Shown here: one piece after another, positions 19,669 through 29,340 of the stretch
How the letters are laid out: each line of letters opens with the position of its first letter
Position numbering within the stretch: the stretch's first letter is position 1
Source of the DNA: Candidatus Zixiibacteriota bacterium
Lineage (GTDB): Bacteria; Zixibacteria; MSB-5A5; CAIYYT01
Assembly: GCA_040235515.1 (NCBI GenBank)
Contig: JBECKX010000179.1
Span: 1 to 64,000 of the forward strand
Direction: 5' to 3'
DNA length: 64,000 bases
Made by a program: the position numbers and the translations under genes
The notes under the pieces: model-generated
Seen by the model: the letters and a program-made list of their open reading frames with translations, nothing else
What the model was told of the DNA's origin: nothing
Database searches by the model: none

Positions 19669-19732
19669 TAGATATGGATGGGAAATCTTTCCAGTTAATG
19701 TCAGAAGTGACGCAGGAGTCAGGTTAGAGAGA

Positions 19733-20998
19733 ATGTCCTCAGTCAAGGTAAACATAACCACGACATTCCGGATTTACGATCCGCAGCCACGCGCCGAGAC
19801 CGAGACGGGTCGCGGTGATGCGATGCCGTCAAGGAATGTGCGCACCCCACAGACTCCGGATAGTGCAGTCACCGCCAAGCCGCACACGACGACTGATTCG
19901 TATGAGAGGATTCGCAGAAAGCAGGAGAGACTCGCCGCCGAGCGGGAAAGTGCTGATGAGGCACGACGAGCGGATCAGGAAGCCGATAGCCCGAGCCGGC
20001 GCCGGATCGAGGATGCTGCGGCTGAGCGGCAGCGCCTCGCAGTTCAGCGTCGCGCGCAATTGCGCTCGGAGGAGGATGAGGCAGAGCAACTGGAGCAGAC
20101 AGCGAAACAGAACCAGGCGCACAGCGAGAGTGATCCCAGTGAAGCAAGAAATGAAAACGAGGAGCATGAGCGCCTGGTTAAGAACACCGGGCTGTTCCAC
20201 GTGTTTAACCCGCCTGACAATAAGAGCGAGACTGATCAAGGCGAGACAGGCGGCGGTAGTTCACCAGGTGCGAACCTGGCGAATGGCGCGAATGATGAGC
20301 AAGGCGCTGTCGTCGGCGAGACAACGATACCGCTTTCAGGTAAGAATCTCGAGTCAACCCAGCCGGTGATCAAACTGGTGGAGGAATCTCCCCCCCGGTT
20401 GAGTGCAGAGGATCTACCACCCACTCTGGAAGATCCACTCGACTTTGATGTCACGGCAATCGGTTTTGAGTTGGTACAGGTTTACCGTCGCCATTATCCT
20501 GATGATCCCAAGTATGACGAGGCACTGATCAAGCTACTCTCCGACGCAGCCGCGGTAGAGGCTGATGAGCCTGCTGAGGAGTTGGAGTTGCCGAAGGTGG
20601 ATCCTGCAACTACTGGCGTGCACAAGCTGGTGTTTGCCGACCAGCCGACCGCGCTGAGCTCTGCAATGAAAGCGGTGAAGAATCTGCAGCGCGAAGGGGT
20701 CTTTGGTCAGACCTTCGATGGTCGTCCCGTTAGTGTGCGAGAATTCCTGCGACAGAAGGAGTTCGAGTATGATTTCGAGGAAAAGCCGTTCACGATTGAT
20801 GCATTCCTGCGGGAAACCGAGAATGCGATTTATGAAGCGTTGAAGAGTCCTCACATCCAGGCAGCCGCGCGCGATCTTATCGTAGCCGCCGAATCGGTCA
20901 ACGCATTTCGAAACCACTTAGTCTCGGCTCTGACAAACAGCACCTCCACGCAGGCAACTGACGCGGGCAACGAATTGGAGCCGACGCAGACCGAGTAG
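19733..20998 (+). CDS. Hypothetical acidic protein with disordered/coiled-coil N-half
   Basis: Long ORF; ATG 19733 preferred because upstream ATG 19652 overlaps the promoter-like box; no recognisable family motif. Confidence 0.6.
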   Translation: MSSVKVNITTTFRIYDPQPRAETETGRGDAMPSRNVRTPQTPDSAVTAKPHTTTDSYERIRRKQERLAAERESADEARRADQEADSPSRRRIEDAAAERQRLAVQRRAQLRSEEDEAEQLEQTAKQNQAHSESDPSEARNENEEHERLVKNTGLFHVFNPPDNKSETDQGETGGGSSPGANLANGANDEQGAVVGETTIPLSGKNLESTQPVIKLVEESPPRLSAEDLPPTLEDPLDFDVTAIGFELVQVYRRHYPDDPKYDEALIKLLSDAAAVEADEPAEELELPKVDPATTGVHKLVFADQPTALSSAMKAVKNLQREGVFGQTFDGRPVSVREFLRQKEFEYDFEEKPFTIDAFLRETENAIYEALKSPHIQAAARDLIVAAESVNAFRNHLVSALTNSTSTQATDAGNELEPTQTE

Positions 20999-21222
20999 CC
21001 GCTTGCTCCGCGGCGATGATAACCAGCGGTTGTCAGTTTGACAGATGACTCGCCCCCGATCGAATTCAAGCATAACATTTCTCTAAACTCTCCCCCCTCA
21101 CCGCGACATTTCTCCCAATTTCGCGTTATGTCAACTAAGGACTTGTGACCCGTGCCGGATTTGGGTTTCTTTGGCCCAACCCAATACCGGGCATTTGACT
21201 CAATCCGACAAAGCGAGCGAAG

Positions 21223-22476
21223 ATGCACTATGTAATCATAGGGAATGGTGTCGCCGGCATCAATGCCGCCAACACAATTCGCGGCAGGGATGACTCAGCC
21301 AAGATCACGATAGTCTCGTATGAGAGCGATCATTTCTTCAGTCGCACCGCGCTGATGTATCTCTACGCGGGTCAGTTGAGTGACCGTTGCGTAGAGCCAT
21401 TTGAACGTGACCACTACAGCCGGATGAAGTTTGAGCGTGTCAGGGATCATGTCGAGCAAGTTGAGTTCAGGGAGCAGAGAGTCAGGCTCAGGAGTGGAGA
21501 AGCGATCCACTACGACAAGCTGTTGATAGCCTCCGGTTCGCTGCCGGTAGCCGGCCCCTGGCCGGGGAGTGATCTTGAGGGTGTAGGCCATTTCGTGACC
21601 TGGCAAGACCTCGAGTGGTTGCGGTCGATCGGGCCCGGTGCGCGATCAGCCGCAGTGATCGGGGGAGGACTGATTGGAATTGAGGTAGCGGAGATATTGC
21701 TGCTCGACGGTGTTGATGTCCATTTCCTTGTCAGAGAGCCACATTTCTGGCCTGTCGCACTCAATCAGGCCGAAGCCTCACTCGTGTCGGATCATATGCG
21801 GAGCCATGGTTGTGACCTGCGGCTATCGACAGAAGTGAGCGAGCTTGTCGGTAGTGGCGGCAGAGTCAGCGGTGTTCGCACGAAGGATGGTGGTGAATTC
21901 CCCGCAGATCTGGTCGTTGTTGCTATCGGCGTTCGGCCACAAACCGACTTCCTCAGAGACTCGGGGCTATCCTTCGACGAGCGTGGCGGGATAGTGGTTG
22001 ACGACCAGCTTCAGACCGGTTTCGACAATGTCTGGGCGGCCGGAGATTGCACGTCGGTCGTCTGGTTCAACGGCGTCCGTCGTCCCGAGCAGTTGTGGTA
22101 CACGAGTCGTGACCAGGGGAGAATCGCCGGCCGGAGCATGGTTGGCGATGCCGTGGAGTACAAACGCGGCATCTTTTACAATTCAGCAAAGTTCTTCGAT
22201 ATCGAATACACGACGGCAGGCTACGTCAATTTCAACTTTGATGGCGAGCGCGACTGGTATCAACATGAACCGGGAACGAACTTCAGCGAACGGATTACAT
22301 CTCTTCCGGATGGTCGCGTGATCGGTTTCAACATGCTCGGGCGACGCTGGGATCACGTGGTCATGACAAAGTGGATAGCTGAGGAGCGGCAGCTCGAGTG
22401 GGTGCTCGCTCACCTCCACGAAGCACTTTTTGACGAGGAGTTCATGCCGAAGTTCAAACTCATAGAGCGAAGATGA
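21223..22476 (+). CDS. NAD(P)/FAD-dependent oxidoreductase (ferredoxin/rubredoxin reductase-like)
   Basis: IIGNGVAG and VIGGGLIGIE Rossmann motifs, YDKLLIASGS, NVWAAGDC. Confidence 0.9.
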   Translation: MHYVIIGNGVAGINAANTIRGRDDSAKITIVSYESDHFFSRTALMYLYAGQLSDRCVEPFERDHYSRMKFERVRDHVEQVEFREQRVRLRSGEAIHYDKLLIASGSLPVAGPWPGSDLEGVGHFVTWQDLEWLRSIGPGARSAAVIGGGLIGIEVAEILLLDGVDVHFLVREPHFWPVALNQAEASLVSDHMRSHGCDLRLSTEVSELVGSGGRVSGVRTKDGGEFPADLVVVAIGVRPQTDFLRDSGLSFDERGGIVVDDQLQTGFDNVWAAGDCTSVVWFNGVRRPEQLWYTSRDQGRIAGRSMVGDAVEYKRGIFYNSAKFFDIEYTTAGYVNFNFDGERDWYQHEPGTNFSERITSLPDGRVIGFNMLGRRWDHVVMTKWIAEERQLEWVLAHLHEALFDEEFMPKFKLIERR

Positions 22477-22503
22477 TCGGGACAGCGGAGCTGGAGGACT
22501 GAG

Positions 22504-23922
22504 TTGCAGGCAGGCATACTGAAAACCTACCGTCATGGTGCCCAGAGCAGAGGGGTGTGGGGTTACATTGCGGCCCTGCTGCTGTTTGCATTCTACGTTC
22601 TGATATACTTCACCGAGGCACTAACACCGGTCGCGCAGTTCCTTCATCTTGGTGGCAAATGGAATCTGTATGGGACGTTGTACACGGCAGCGATCGTTCT
22701 GGGTGGCATCTACTTCCTGCGCCGACATGGCAACAGCCGCTACCATCGCATTCGCACCCTTTCGGTGATATTCTTCCAGGTCGTCTTTGCGTTCTCGATT
22801 CCAATGATTCTTGAACTACTGGGGATGAAAGGCTTCACCTTTTCGATTTTCTGGCCCCTCAAGCTCGACTACTTCAACCCCTCCTACATCTTCGATTATC
22901 CGATCGTGCTGGTGCTCTACGCCTTCCTCAGTTCTCTCATACTGGTTCCGGTGCTGGCATTCCTGGTGGGAAAGCGCTGGTATTGCAGCTGGGTTTGTGG
23001 TTGCGGGGGACTGGCTGAAACCGCAGGCGAACCATATCGTCATCTCTCAAACAAGTCTTCGGCTGCGTGGCGATTCGAACAGTTCTCGATCTATGCGGTG
23101 CTGGCATTCGCTGTGCTTGTCACAGTGTTGATGATGGTTAACTGGTCGACAGGGGTGGCCGTGCGCGGGGAGGTCACGACGGCGTCACGAGTGATGTCGG
23201 CCAACGCTGAGGCCGCTGGCACACCTCGATTGGTGCTCTATGGTTCACCAAAGCTCGAGTTCCCTTACAACAGCAAATCTGTCTGGGCACCTGTCGGTGA
23301 TGCAAGCGCTGAGAGGATGCCTGATGCATGGAGAGTCGTTGCGATCGGCGGGGAGATGGTCAGCCGGGAAACACAAGCTGCTTACGGGCTCGAATTTCGG
23401 GAGGGTTCCCTGCAAGTCGTGAGTACCGGCCCGGCTGAGAGTGACAAGGTCTTTGGCGCGTGGGACAGATTGGGCGACAGCAAGACACTCGAGATCAGTT
23501 TCCCTCGCTACGCGACGTTTTCGGCGATCGCCACGAGAATACAGGGGATATATGGGTTCGTGGTGGTAGCGCTGCTTTCGGGGATCTTCGGAGTTGGGCT
23601 CTATCCGCTTCTGGGCACACGAGTTTGGTGCAGGTTCTTCTGCCCGCTCGCTGCGATCCTGGGGATTGTCCAGAAGTTCGGGCGCTTTCGCATCACGGTG
23701 AAGAAGGATATGTGTATCTCTTGCGGTAATTGCTCGACCTATTGCGAGATGGGTATCGATGTACGATCGTATGCGCAAGCGAACCTCAGCTTCAAGCGAG
23801 CTGCGTGTGTGGGTTGCGGGATGTGCGCACATGTCTGTCCGCGCGGGGTACTCAAGTTAGAGAACAAATGGGATTTGGGGCCAAACGATGAAAATTCGAA
23901 CATCCAGATACTGGATATGTGA
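22504..23922 (+). CDS. Membrane 4Fe-4S binding protein (NapH/MauN/YccM-like)
   Basis: Multiple TMs, RWYCSWVCGCG, RVWCRFFCP, CISCGNCSTYC and CVGCGMCAHVCP; TTG start after GGAGG. Confidence 0.88.
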   Translation: MQAGILKTYRHGAQSRGVWGYIAALLLFAFYVLIYFTEALTPVAQFLHLGGKWNLYGTLYTAAIVLGGIYFLRRHGNSRYHRIRTLSVIFFQVVFAFSIPMILELLGMKGFTFSIFWPLKLDYFNPSYIFDYPIVLVLYAFLSSLILVPVLAFLVGKRWYCSWVCGCGGLAETAGEPYRHLSNKSSAAWRFEQFSIYAVLAFAVLVTVLMMVNWSTGVAVRGEVTTASRVMSANAEAAGTPRLVLYGSPKLEFPYNSKSVWAPVGDASAERMPDAWRVVAIGGEMVSRETQAAYGLEFREGSLQVVSTGPAESDKVFGAWDRLGDSKTLEISFPRYATFSAIATRIQGIYGFVVVALLSGIFGVGLYPLLGTRVWCRFFCPLAAILGIVQKFGRFRITVKKDMCISCGNCSTYCEMGIDVRSYAQANLSFKRAACVGCGMCAHVCPRGVLKLENKWDLGPNDENSNIQILDM

Positions 23923-23932
23923 CGGTGCTTTT

Positions 23933-24805
23933 ATGAGTGATTCAGTTGTGCGTTTGCAGGCACGAGGACGCAGAACACCGACTCTGCGTCGAGTGTTGGC
24001 GACAATAATGCTAGCGGCGTTGGCAGTTGCGGGATGCAGCCAGGCGGAAACCGAAGCTGGTGGGGCGCGAATCTCGGCGGTCAAGCTGGATCATAGCTAT
24101 GCCGGTTATGCGCGACTGCTTGCAAGCTATGTGCAGGGTGCAAGGGTTGACTATGCCGGGCTCAAATCGGATCGCGCCGCCCTGGACTCTGTGGTAGCGA
24201 TGATCGCCGATGCGGAATTGACAGATGCGTCTACTCAACAAAGACTGGCGTTCTATATCAATGCCTACAACATCCTGACGCTGCGTTCGATCGTCGCTGC
24301 CTACCCGGTGAAGTCAATCAAGGATATCGATGGTGTCTGGCAGAAGAAATGGCGCGTTGCCGGACGCGAGCTTTCCTTGGACCAGATAGAGAACCAGATT
24401 CTGCGCGTTGAGTTTTCGGAACCGCGCATCCATGTAGCGATCAATTGTGCTTCGATCAGTTGTCCGCCACTGCGCGGGGAACCATACAGGGCCGAACGAA
24501 TCGAGGAACAACTCACTGAGGCGAGCCGCGGCTTTGCGACTTCGAACCACTACAACCAACTCCTTCCGACCGAAGGCAAAGCCAGGATTTCGATGATATT
24601 CGATTGGTTCGGCGGTGATTTTGTGGAACAGTTTTACCAGCCGGGTCACGCTGCAAAACTTTCGAAGGAAAAGAATGCTGCATTGAGTTTCCTGATCAAG
24701 TACTCGAGCCTGACCGACTCTGTGGAGTCATTGCCGGAGGAGTGGGAAGTCAGCTTTATCGAATATGACTGGGGATTGAATGAGATACCGAACGATGCAC
24801 GCTGA
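23933..24805 (+). CDS. DUF547 domain lipoprotein
   Basis: LAVAGC lipobox; LAFYINAYN, LDQIENQILR, EPRIHVAINCASISCPPL, IFDWFGGDF, YDWGLN; start 23933 preferred. Confidence 0.88.
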   Translation: MSDSVVRLQARGRRTPTLRRVLATIMLAALAVAGCSQAETEAGGARISAVKLDHSYAGYARLLASYVQGARVDYAGLKSDRAALDSVVAMIADAELTDASTQQRLAFYINAYNILTLRSIVAAYPVKSIKDIDGVWQKKWRVAGRELSLDQIENQILRVEFSEPRIHVAINCASISCPPLRGEPYRAERIEEQLTEASRGFATSNHYNQLLPTEGKARISMIFDWFGGDFVEQFYQPGHAAKLSKEKNAALSFLIKYSSLTDSVESLPEEWEVSFIEYDWGLNEIPNDAR

Positions 24806-24850
24806 GCATCCACCGGTTCGTATGCGACTGCTTCAGCAAATAGCTGCTTT

Positions 24851-25546
24851 ATGACTCTCGGCAACCGCAAGATCATCGCAATCATCCCGGCATTGAACGA
24901 AGAATCCTCTGTTGGAAAGGTCATCACAGAACTACCCGGGATGGTGAATGGCGTGATCGTCTGTGACAATGGATCGACCGACCGTACAGCTGCTGTGGCG
25001 CGGGAGGCTGGCGCGAAAGTAGTTGAGGAGATAGAGAGAGGCTACGGTGCTGCGTGTTTGCGGGCAATCGCGGCGGCGCCTGCTGATACCGGCGTATTGC
25101 TCTTCATAGACGCAGACTACTCGGACTTTCCTGAAGAGGCGACAAACCTGCTGGAACCGTTGGCGGAGGGACATTACGACCTGGTCATCGGTTCGCGCAT
25201 GTTGACCTACAGCGACCACAAGGCGCTGCCACCGGTGGCGGCATTCGGCAACTGGCTGACCAGTAACTTGATCCGCATTATCTGGGGTGCGCGATTCACC
25301 GACATCGGCCCGTTTCGGGCGATCAGGTATGAGCAATATCAGAAGTTGGAAATGAAGGACCGCAACTTTGGCTGGACGACAGAGATGCAGGTGAAGGCAG
25401 TGAAGCGTGGGTTGCGGTGCCTTGAAGTTCCGGTCAGGTATCGTCCGAGGATCGGGGAGTCAAAGATTTCGGGGACAATCTCCGGCTCGATCAGGGCGGG
25501 CTTCAAATTCTTGTGGATCATCCTCCGGGAGGCGTTCTCCCGATGA
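24851..25546 (+). CDS. Glycosyltransferase family 2 (DPM1-like polyprenyl-phosphate glycosyltransferase)
   Basis: IIPALNEE, CDNGSTD, FIDADYSD, DLVIGSR, FTDIGPFRAI, EVPVRYRPRIGESKISG. Confidence 0.9.
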   Translation: MTLGNRKIIAIIPALNEESSVGKVITELPGMVNGVIVCDNGSTDRTAAVAREAGAKVVEEIERGYGAACLRAIAAAPADTGVLLFIDADYSDFPEEATNLLEPLAEGHYDLVIGSRMLTYSDHKALPPVAAFGNWLTSNLIRIIWGARFTDIGPFRAIRYEQYQKLEMKDRNFGWTTEMQVKAVKRGLRCLEVPVRYRPRIGESKISGTISGSIRAGFKFLWIILREAFSR

Positions 25547-26847
25547 AGTGGAGGGTGATTCTCTATTCGCTGATTGCGCTCTTCCTCTTGACTGAGATTG
25601 CAATTTTCCTGCCTGACTATGATGAGCCTCGGATGGTAAAGTTCATCGTGATTTCGCAGATCCTGATGCTACTATCAGTGGGGATTTTCCTGGCCGGAAA
25701 GAAACTTCAGATTGCAGCGGGGATGGCGCGCCACGTCTGGATTGTTGTTCTGCTCGCGGTTGTCGCTCGCACGGTCATGTTGATCGGAGCGGGGGACAAA
25801 TTCTATATCTCCGATGATATCTACCGTTATGTGTGGGACGCCAAGGTCAATGCGGCGGGAATAAACCCTTATCTTCATGCGCCCGATTCCGATTCGTTGA
25901 GGGCCTATCGGGAGGGTGAAATCTTCGGGCAGATCAATCACAACTGGCTGCCCACCATCTACCCCCCAATGGCTCAGAATATCTTCTTCGTGGTCTACCT
26001 GCTGGGAGGTGAGAACCTGTTCGCCTTCAAGCTGGTCACTGCGTTCTTCGAGTTGCTAACTTGTTTGGCGCTGTTCGTGCTGGCACGCGAGTGGGGAATA
26101 CCACCAGCGAATTTGCTGCTCTATCTGTTTTCACCGCTGGTACTGATCGAGTTTTACCTATCAAACCACCTCGACATTCTCGCGCTGCCCTTCCTGGTGG
26201 CCGGTTTGATCACGCTGAAGCGGCGACAGGCGTTGCTGACCGGCATGCTGCTGGGACTCGCGACGCTCGTGAAGTTCTTCGGGCTCTTCTTCCTGCCAGT
26301 CGTCTTCTTCCACCTTAAAGGGAAAGAGAAGCTTCATTTTGCGGCTGCCTTCGTGGTTACTGCAGTTGCATTGTATCTGCCCTACATCGCCGATGGTGGA
26401 CTGAGCGTGTTCGGGTCGTTGTTCGAGTATCTGCAGGAATGGCAGTTTAATGCTTCGGTTTATTTCGTGCTGAAATACTTCCTCAAGGTAGAAATCGCGC
26501 GCTATCTCGTAGCTGGGGCTTTCGTGGTCTGGGTGGGATGGTTGCTCGCGCGCAAACTACCGATCGAGCGGAAACTTCAGGATACCTTCGGTGGTTATAT
26601 GGTGCTGACACCGACGCTGTTCCCCTGGTACTTTGTCTGGATCTATCCAATGTTGTTGAGGACCCTGTCACCTGCATTTATCTATCTCTCAGGCGCGCTG
26701 CTCCTCTCCTATCATGTTCACATAGGCTACTATGACACCGGTACCTGGTCGCCGATGCCCTGGTTGGGAATCGCGGCGTACGTTCCGTTTTATGCATTGC
26801 TGGTCGGAGTAACGTTGTTTCGAAGGGTGCGGCTTAAGGTGCAATGA
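25543..26847 (+). CDS. GT-C fold membrane glycosyltransferase (GT87/DUF2029-like)
   Basis: SDDIYRYVWD, GINPY, TIYPP, NHLD, FPWYFVW, many TMs; ATGA overlap with the upstream GT2. Confidence 0.8.
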   Translation: MKWRVILYSLIALFLLTEIAIFLPDYDEPRMVKFIVISQILMLLSVGIFLAGKKLQIAAGMARHVWIVVLLAVVARTVMLIGAGDKFYISDDIYRYVWDAKVNAAGINPYLHAPDSDSLRAYREGEIFGQINHNWLPTIYPPMAQNIFFVVYLLGGENLFAFKLVTAFFELLTCLALFVLAREWGIPPANLLLYLFSPLVLIEFYLSNHLDILALPFLVAGLITLKRRQALLTGMLLGLATLVKFFGLFFLPVVFFHLKGKEKLHFAAAFVVTAVALYLPYIADGGLSVFGSLFEYLQEWQFNASVYFVLKYFLKVEIARYLVAGAFVVWVGWLLARKLPIERKLQDTFGGYMVLTPTLFPWYFVWIYPMLLRTLSPAFIYLSGALLLSYHVHIGYYDTGTWSPMPWLGIAAYVPFYALLVGVTLFRRVRLKVQ

Positions 26848-28301
26848 CAGATCTGCTCATAATCACATATTTCGCTCTGCTGTTCTTTATCAGTTTCTAT
26901 GGCGTGTACCTCTATTGGCTGGTGGTCAACTATCTGCGTTTGCCCGGTCAAACCCCACTCGTTCCGATGGAGCCTGAAGATGCCACGAACTTGCCGATGG
27001 TCACCGTTCAGTTGCCAATCTTCAATGAGAAACGCGTTGTCGCGCGCCTGATCGAGGCGGTGACACACTTCGAGTGGCCGCAGGAGAAACTGGAAATTCA
27101 GGTGCTCGACGATTCGACAGACGAGACGAGTGAGATAGTCGCACGTTTGGTGACCGAGCTGAGTGGTCGCGGAGTGACGATCGAGCATATCAGAAGGCCC
27201 CACCGCGCCGGCTACAAAGCTGGTGCTCTGGCCGTGGGGCAGGAGAAGGCGCGCGGAGAATTCATCGCGATCTTCGATGCGGATAACATCCCGCCGAGCG
27301 ATTTTTTGCGGCGTATGATTCCATACTTCGATGATCCCCGGGTTGGTATGGCGCAGGCGCGCTGGAGTTTTCTTAATCGGGATGACTCGCTGTTATGCCA
27401 GGCGCAGGCGTTGTTTCTCGATTCACATTTCTACATCGAGCAGGCGGCGCGATCACGTGCAGGTTTGTTTCTGAATTTCAACGGAACGGCAGGTATCTGG
27501 CGGCGCCGGGCGATCGACAGCGCGGGCGGCTGGCAATCGGATACGCTGACCGAGGATCTCGACCTCTCCTATCGCGCACAGTTGCTTGGCTGGAAGATGT
27601 TGTTTGTCGAGGATGTCGATGTCCCGACCGAGCTACCCAATTCGGTGCGCGCCTTCAAGACGCAACAGCATCGCTGGGCGCGCGGTGCGATGGAGACCGG
27701 TTTCAAGTTGCTCGGGCGGGTACGCAGGGCGAAGTTGCCATTGGCGGTCAAGATTGCGGCGCATTTTCATCTGACGCAGAAGGTGGTGTCGGTTGCGTTA
27801 CTGCTGCTGTCGATTCTGTTGATCCCGGCGCTCTATTTTCGCTGGGAAGCAAGCGCCTACAAAGTACTGCTGATCGACCTGCCGGTGTTTATTACCGGTA
27901 TGGGGGCGATGTCGGTTTTTTATGGTATCGCGTACCGCCGTGAAAAGAAGAATCACAGTGCGAGGGCACGGCTGGTACTGCCGATGTTGAGCGCAATCGG
28001 GCTGGGACTGGCAGCGAACAATTCACTCGCTGTGATCTCGGCGCTGAAGCGGCGCGAGAGCGAGTTCGTCAGAACACCGAAGACCGGTTCGGCACGGGGT
28101 CGCAAGCTGGGCATTCCTCACGAGTATCGTGTGAGTTTCGACAGGACGTTGCTGGTTGAAGCGCTGCTCCTGGCGAACGGCAGCATTGCGTTCATTTATG
28201 CGTTTGATCTCGGCCTCTATTTCAGCCTGCCATTTCTCGCAACCTTTGTGTTCGGCTACGGCTATTTCGTCGTGAATTCTTTGCGGGAGAGATATGGGTA
28301 A
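26844..28301 (+). CDS. Cellulose-synthase-like (CslA/glucomannan synthase-like) GT2
   Basis: VTVQLPIFNE, DDSTD, KAGAL, FDAD, FNGTAG, TEDLDLS, QQHRW (D,D,D,QxxRW), C-terminal TMs, FVRTPK. Confidence 0.9.
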   Translation: MTDLLIITYFALLFFISFYGVYLYWLVVNYLRLPGQTPLVPMEPEDATNLPMVTVQLPIFNEKRVVARLIEAVTHFEWPQEKLEIQVLDDSTDETSEIVARLVTELSGRGVTIEHIRRPHRAGYKAGALAVGQEKARGEFIAIFDADNIPPSDFLRRMIPYFDDPRVGMAQARWSFLNRDDSLLCQAQALFLDSHFYIEQAARSRAGLFLNFNGTAGIWRRRAIDSAGGWQSDTLTEDLDLSYRAQLLGWKMLFVEDVDVPTELPNSVRAFKTQQHRWARGAMETGFKLLGRVRRAKLPLAVKIAAHFHLTQKVVSVALLLLSILLIPALYFRWEASAYKVLLIDLPVFITGMGAMSVFYGIAYRREKKNHSARARLVLPMLSAIGLGLAANNSLAVISALKRRESEFVRTPKTGSARGRKLGIPHEYRVSFDRTLLVEALLLANGSIAFIYAFDLGLYFSLPFLATFVFGYGYFVVNSLRERYG

Positions 28302-28944
28302 AATTGCAGTCGGGCTGATGGCCAAGTTTCCGGAAATGGGGAAAGTAAAAACCAGGCTGGCCGCTGAGATAGGAGATCCCGCAGCGCTGCAGATCTATGC
28401 CACACTGCTGCAAATTGTGATGGAGAAGCTGAGGGAGCTTAACCGCGACCGATTTCAAACCTCTGTATTTGTAGCCCAGGAGAAACTGGTGGAGCGTTTC
28501 AGGTCACAATACCCGGGTGCGGCACACTACGCGGCGCAGAGTGCCGGTGACCTCGGTGCTCGTATGGAAGCAGCGATGCGAAATCTGCTCACCGGCGACA
28601 GTATCGAGGGCGTGCTGCTGATCGGTGCAGATATTCCGGGAATCACCGCGGAAATCGTCGAGGAAGCAGCCTCGCAGTTGCTGGCGCACGACCTTGTCCT
28701 CGGGCCGACATTTGATGGTGGCTATTATCTGATAGGGTCGCGCACCGTGCATCCGGAGTTGTTCCGGCAGATGGAGTGGAGCACCGATTCGGTCCTTTCG
28801 GAAACACTGAAGCGGGCCGGCGATGCAGGCTTGACGATTTTCCGCCTCGAAGAGCTGTCGGACCTCGACACTCTGGAGGATGTCGGTCGACTGCCGCGTG
28901 AAAGCAACGCCTTGATCAATTTACTCGACACGTACTCGTCCTAG
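28294..28944 (+). CDS. DUF2064/TIGR04282-like glycosyltransferase (CofC-like) associated with ArsS clusters
   Basis: AKFPEMGKVKTRLA, QSAGDLGARM, IGADIP, VLGPTFDGGYYLIG, WSTDSV, DLDTLED. Confidence 0.9.
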   Translation: MGKIAVGLMAKFPEMGKVKTRLAAEIGDPAALQIYATLLQIVMEKLRELNRDRFQTSVFVAQEKLVERFRSQYPGAAHYAAQSAGDLGARMEAAMRNLLTGDSIEGVLLIGADIPGITAEIVEEAASQLLAHDLVLGPTFDGGYYLIGSRTVHPELFRQMEWSTDSVLSETLKRAGDAGLTIFRLEELSDLDTLEDVGRLPRESNALINLLDTYSS

Positions 28945-28972
28945 TTGGGGCGAGAGATTCAGGAGCTGAAGC

Positions 28973-29305
28973 ATGGGTGATTATTTCGATTCGAAGGATC
29001 TGGCGAAATTCGGCAAGATTGGCAGGGTCAACAAGGAGCTCGCCGACAAATACTTCGAGTACTACAACAGCGTTATGCAGGAGGGCAACCTGAGCGCCCG
29101 CGAGAAGGCGCTGATTGCGCTCGCGGTAGCACACACCCTGAAGTGTCCCTATTGCATCGATGCCTACTCCACAGCGTGCATGGAGAATGGAGCAGATGAG
29201 GAACAGATGAGTGAAGCCGTTCATGTGGCCGCCGCGATGTCGGCGGGCATAACGCTAGTCCACAGCGTCCAGATGCAAAATCATATCGACTCACTGATGG
29301 GTTAG
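28973..29305 (+). CDS. AhpD/CMD-family peroxidase-like protein associated with ArsS (TIGR04169-like)
   Basis: LSAREKALIALAVAHTLKCPYCIDAY..EAVHVAAAMSAGITLVHSVQM; directly upstream of arsS. Confidence 0.88.
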   Translation: MGDYFDSKDLAKFGKIGRVNKELADKYFEYYNSVMQEGNLSAREKALIALAVAHTLKCPYCIDAYSTACMENGADEEQMSEAVHVAAAMSAGITLVHSVQMQNHIDSLMG

Positions 29306-29340
29306 TCGGTGGGGCGGTAGTTTGGAGATCGGAGCGTGAA

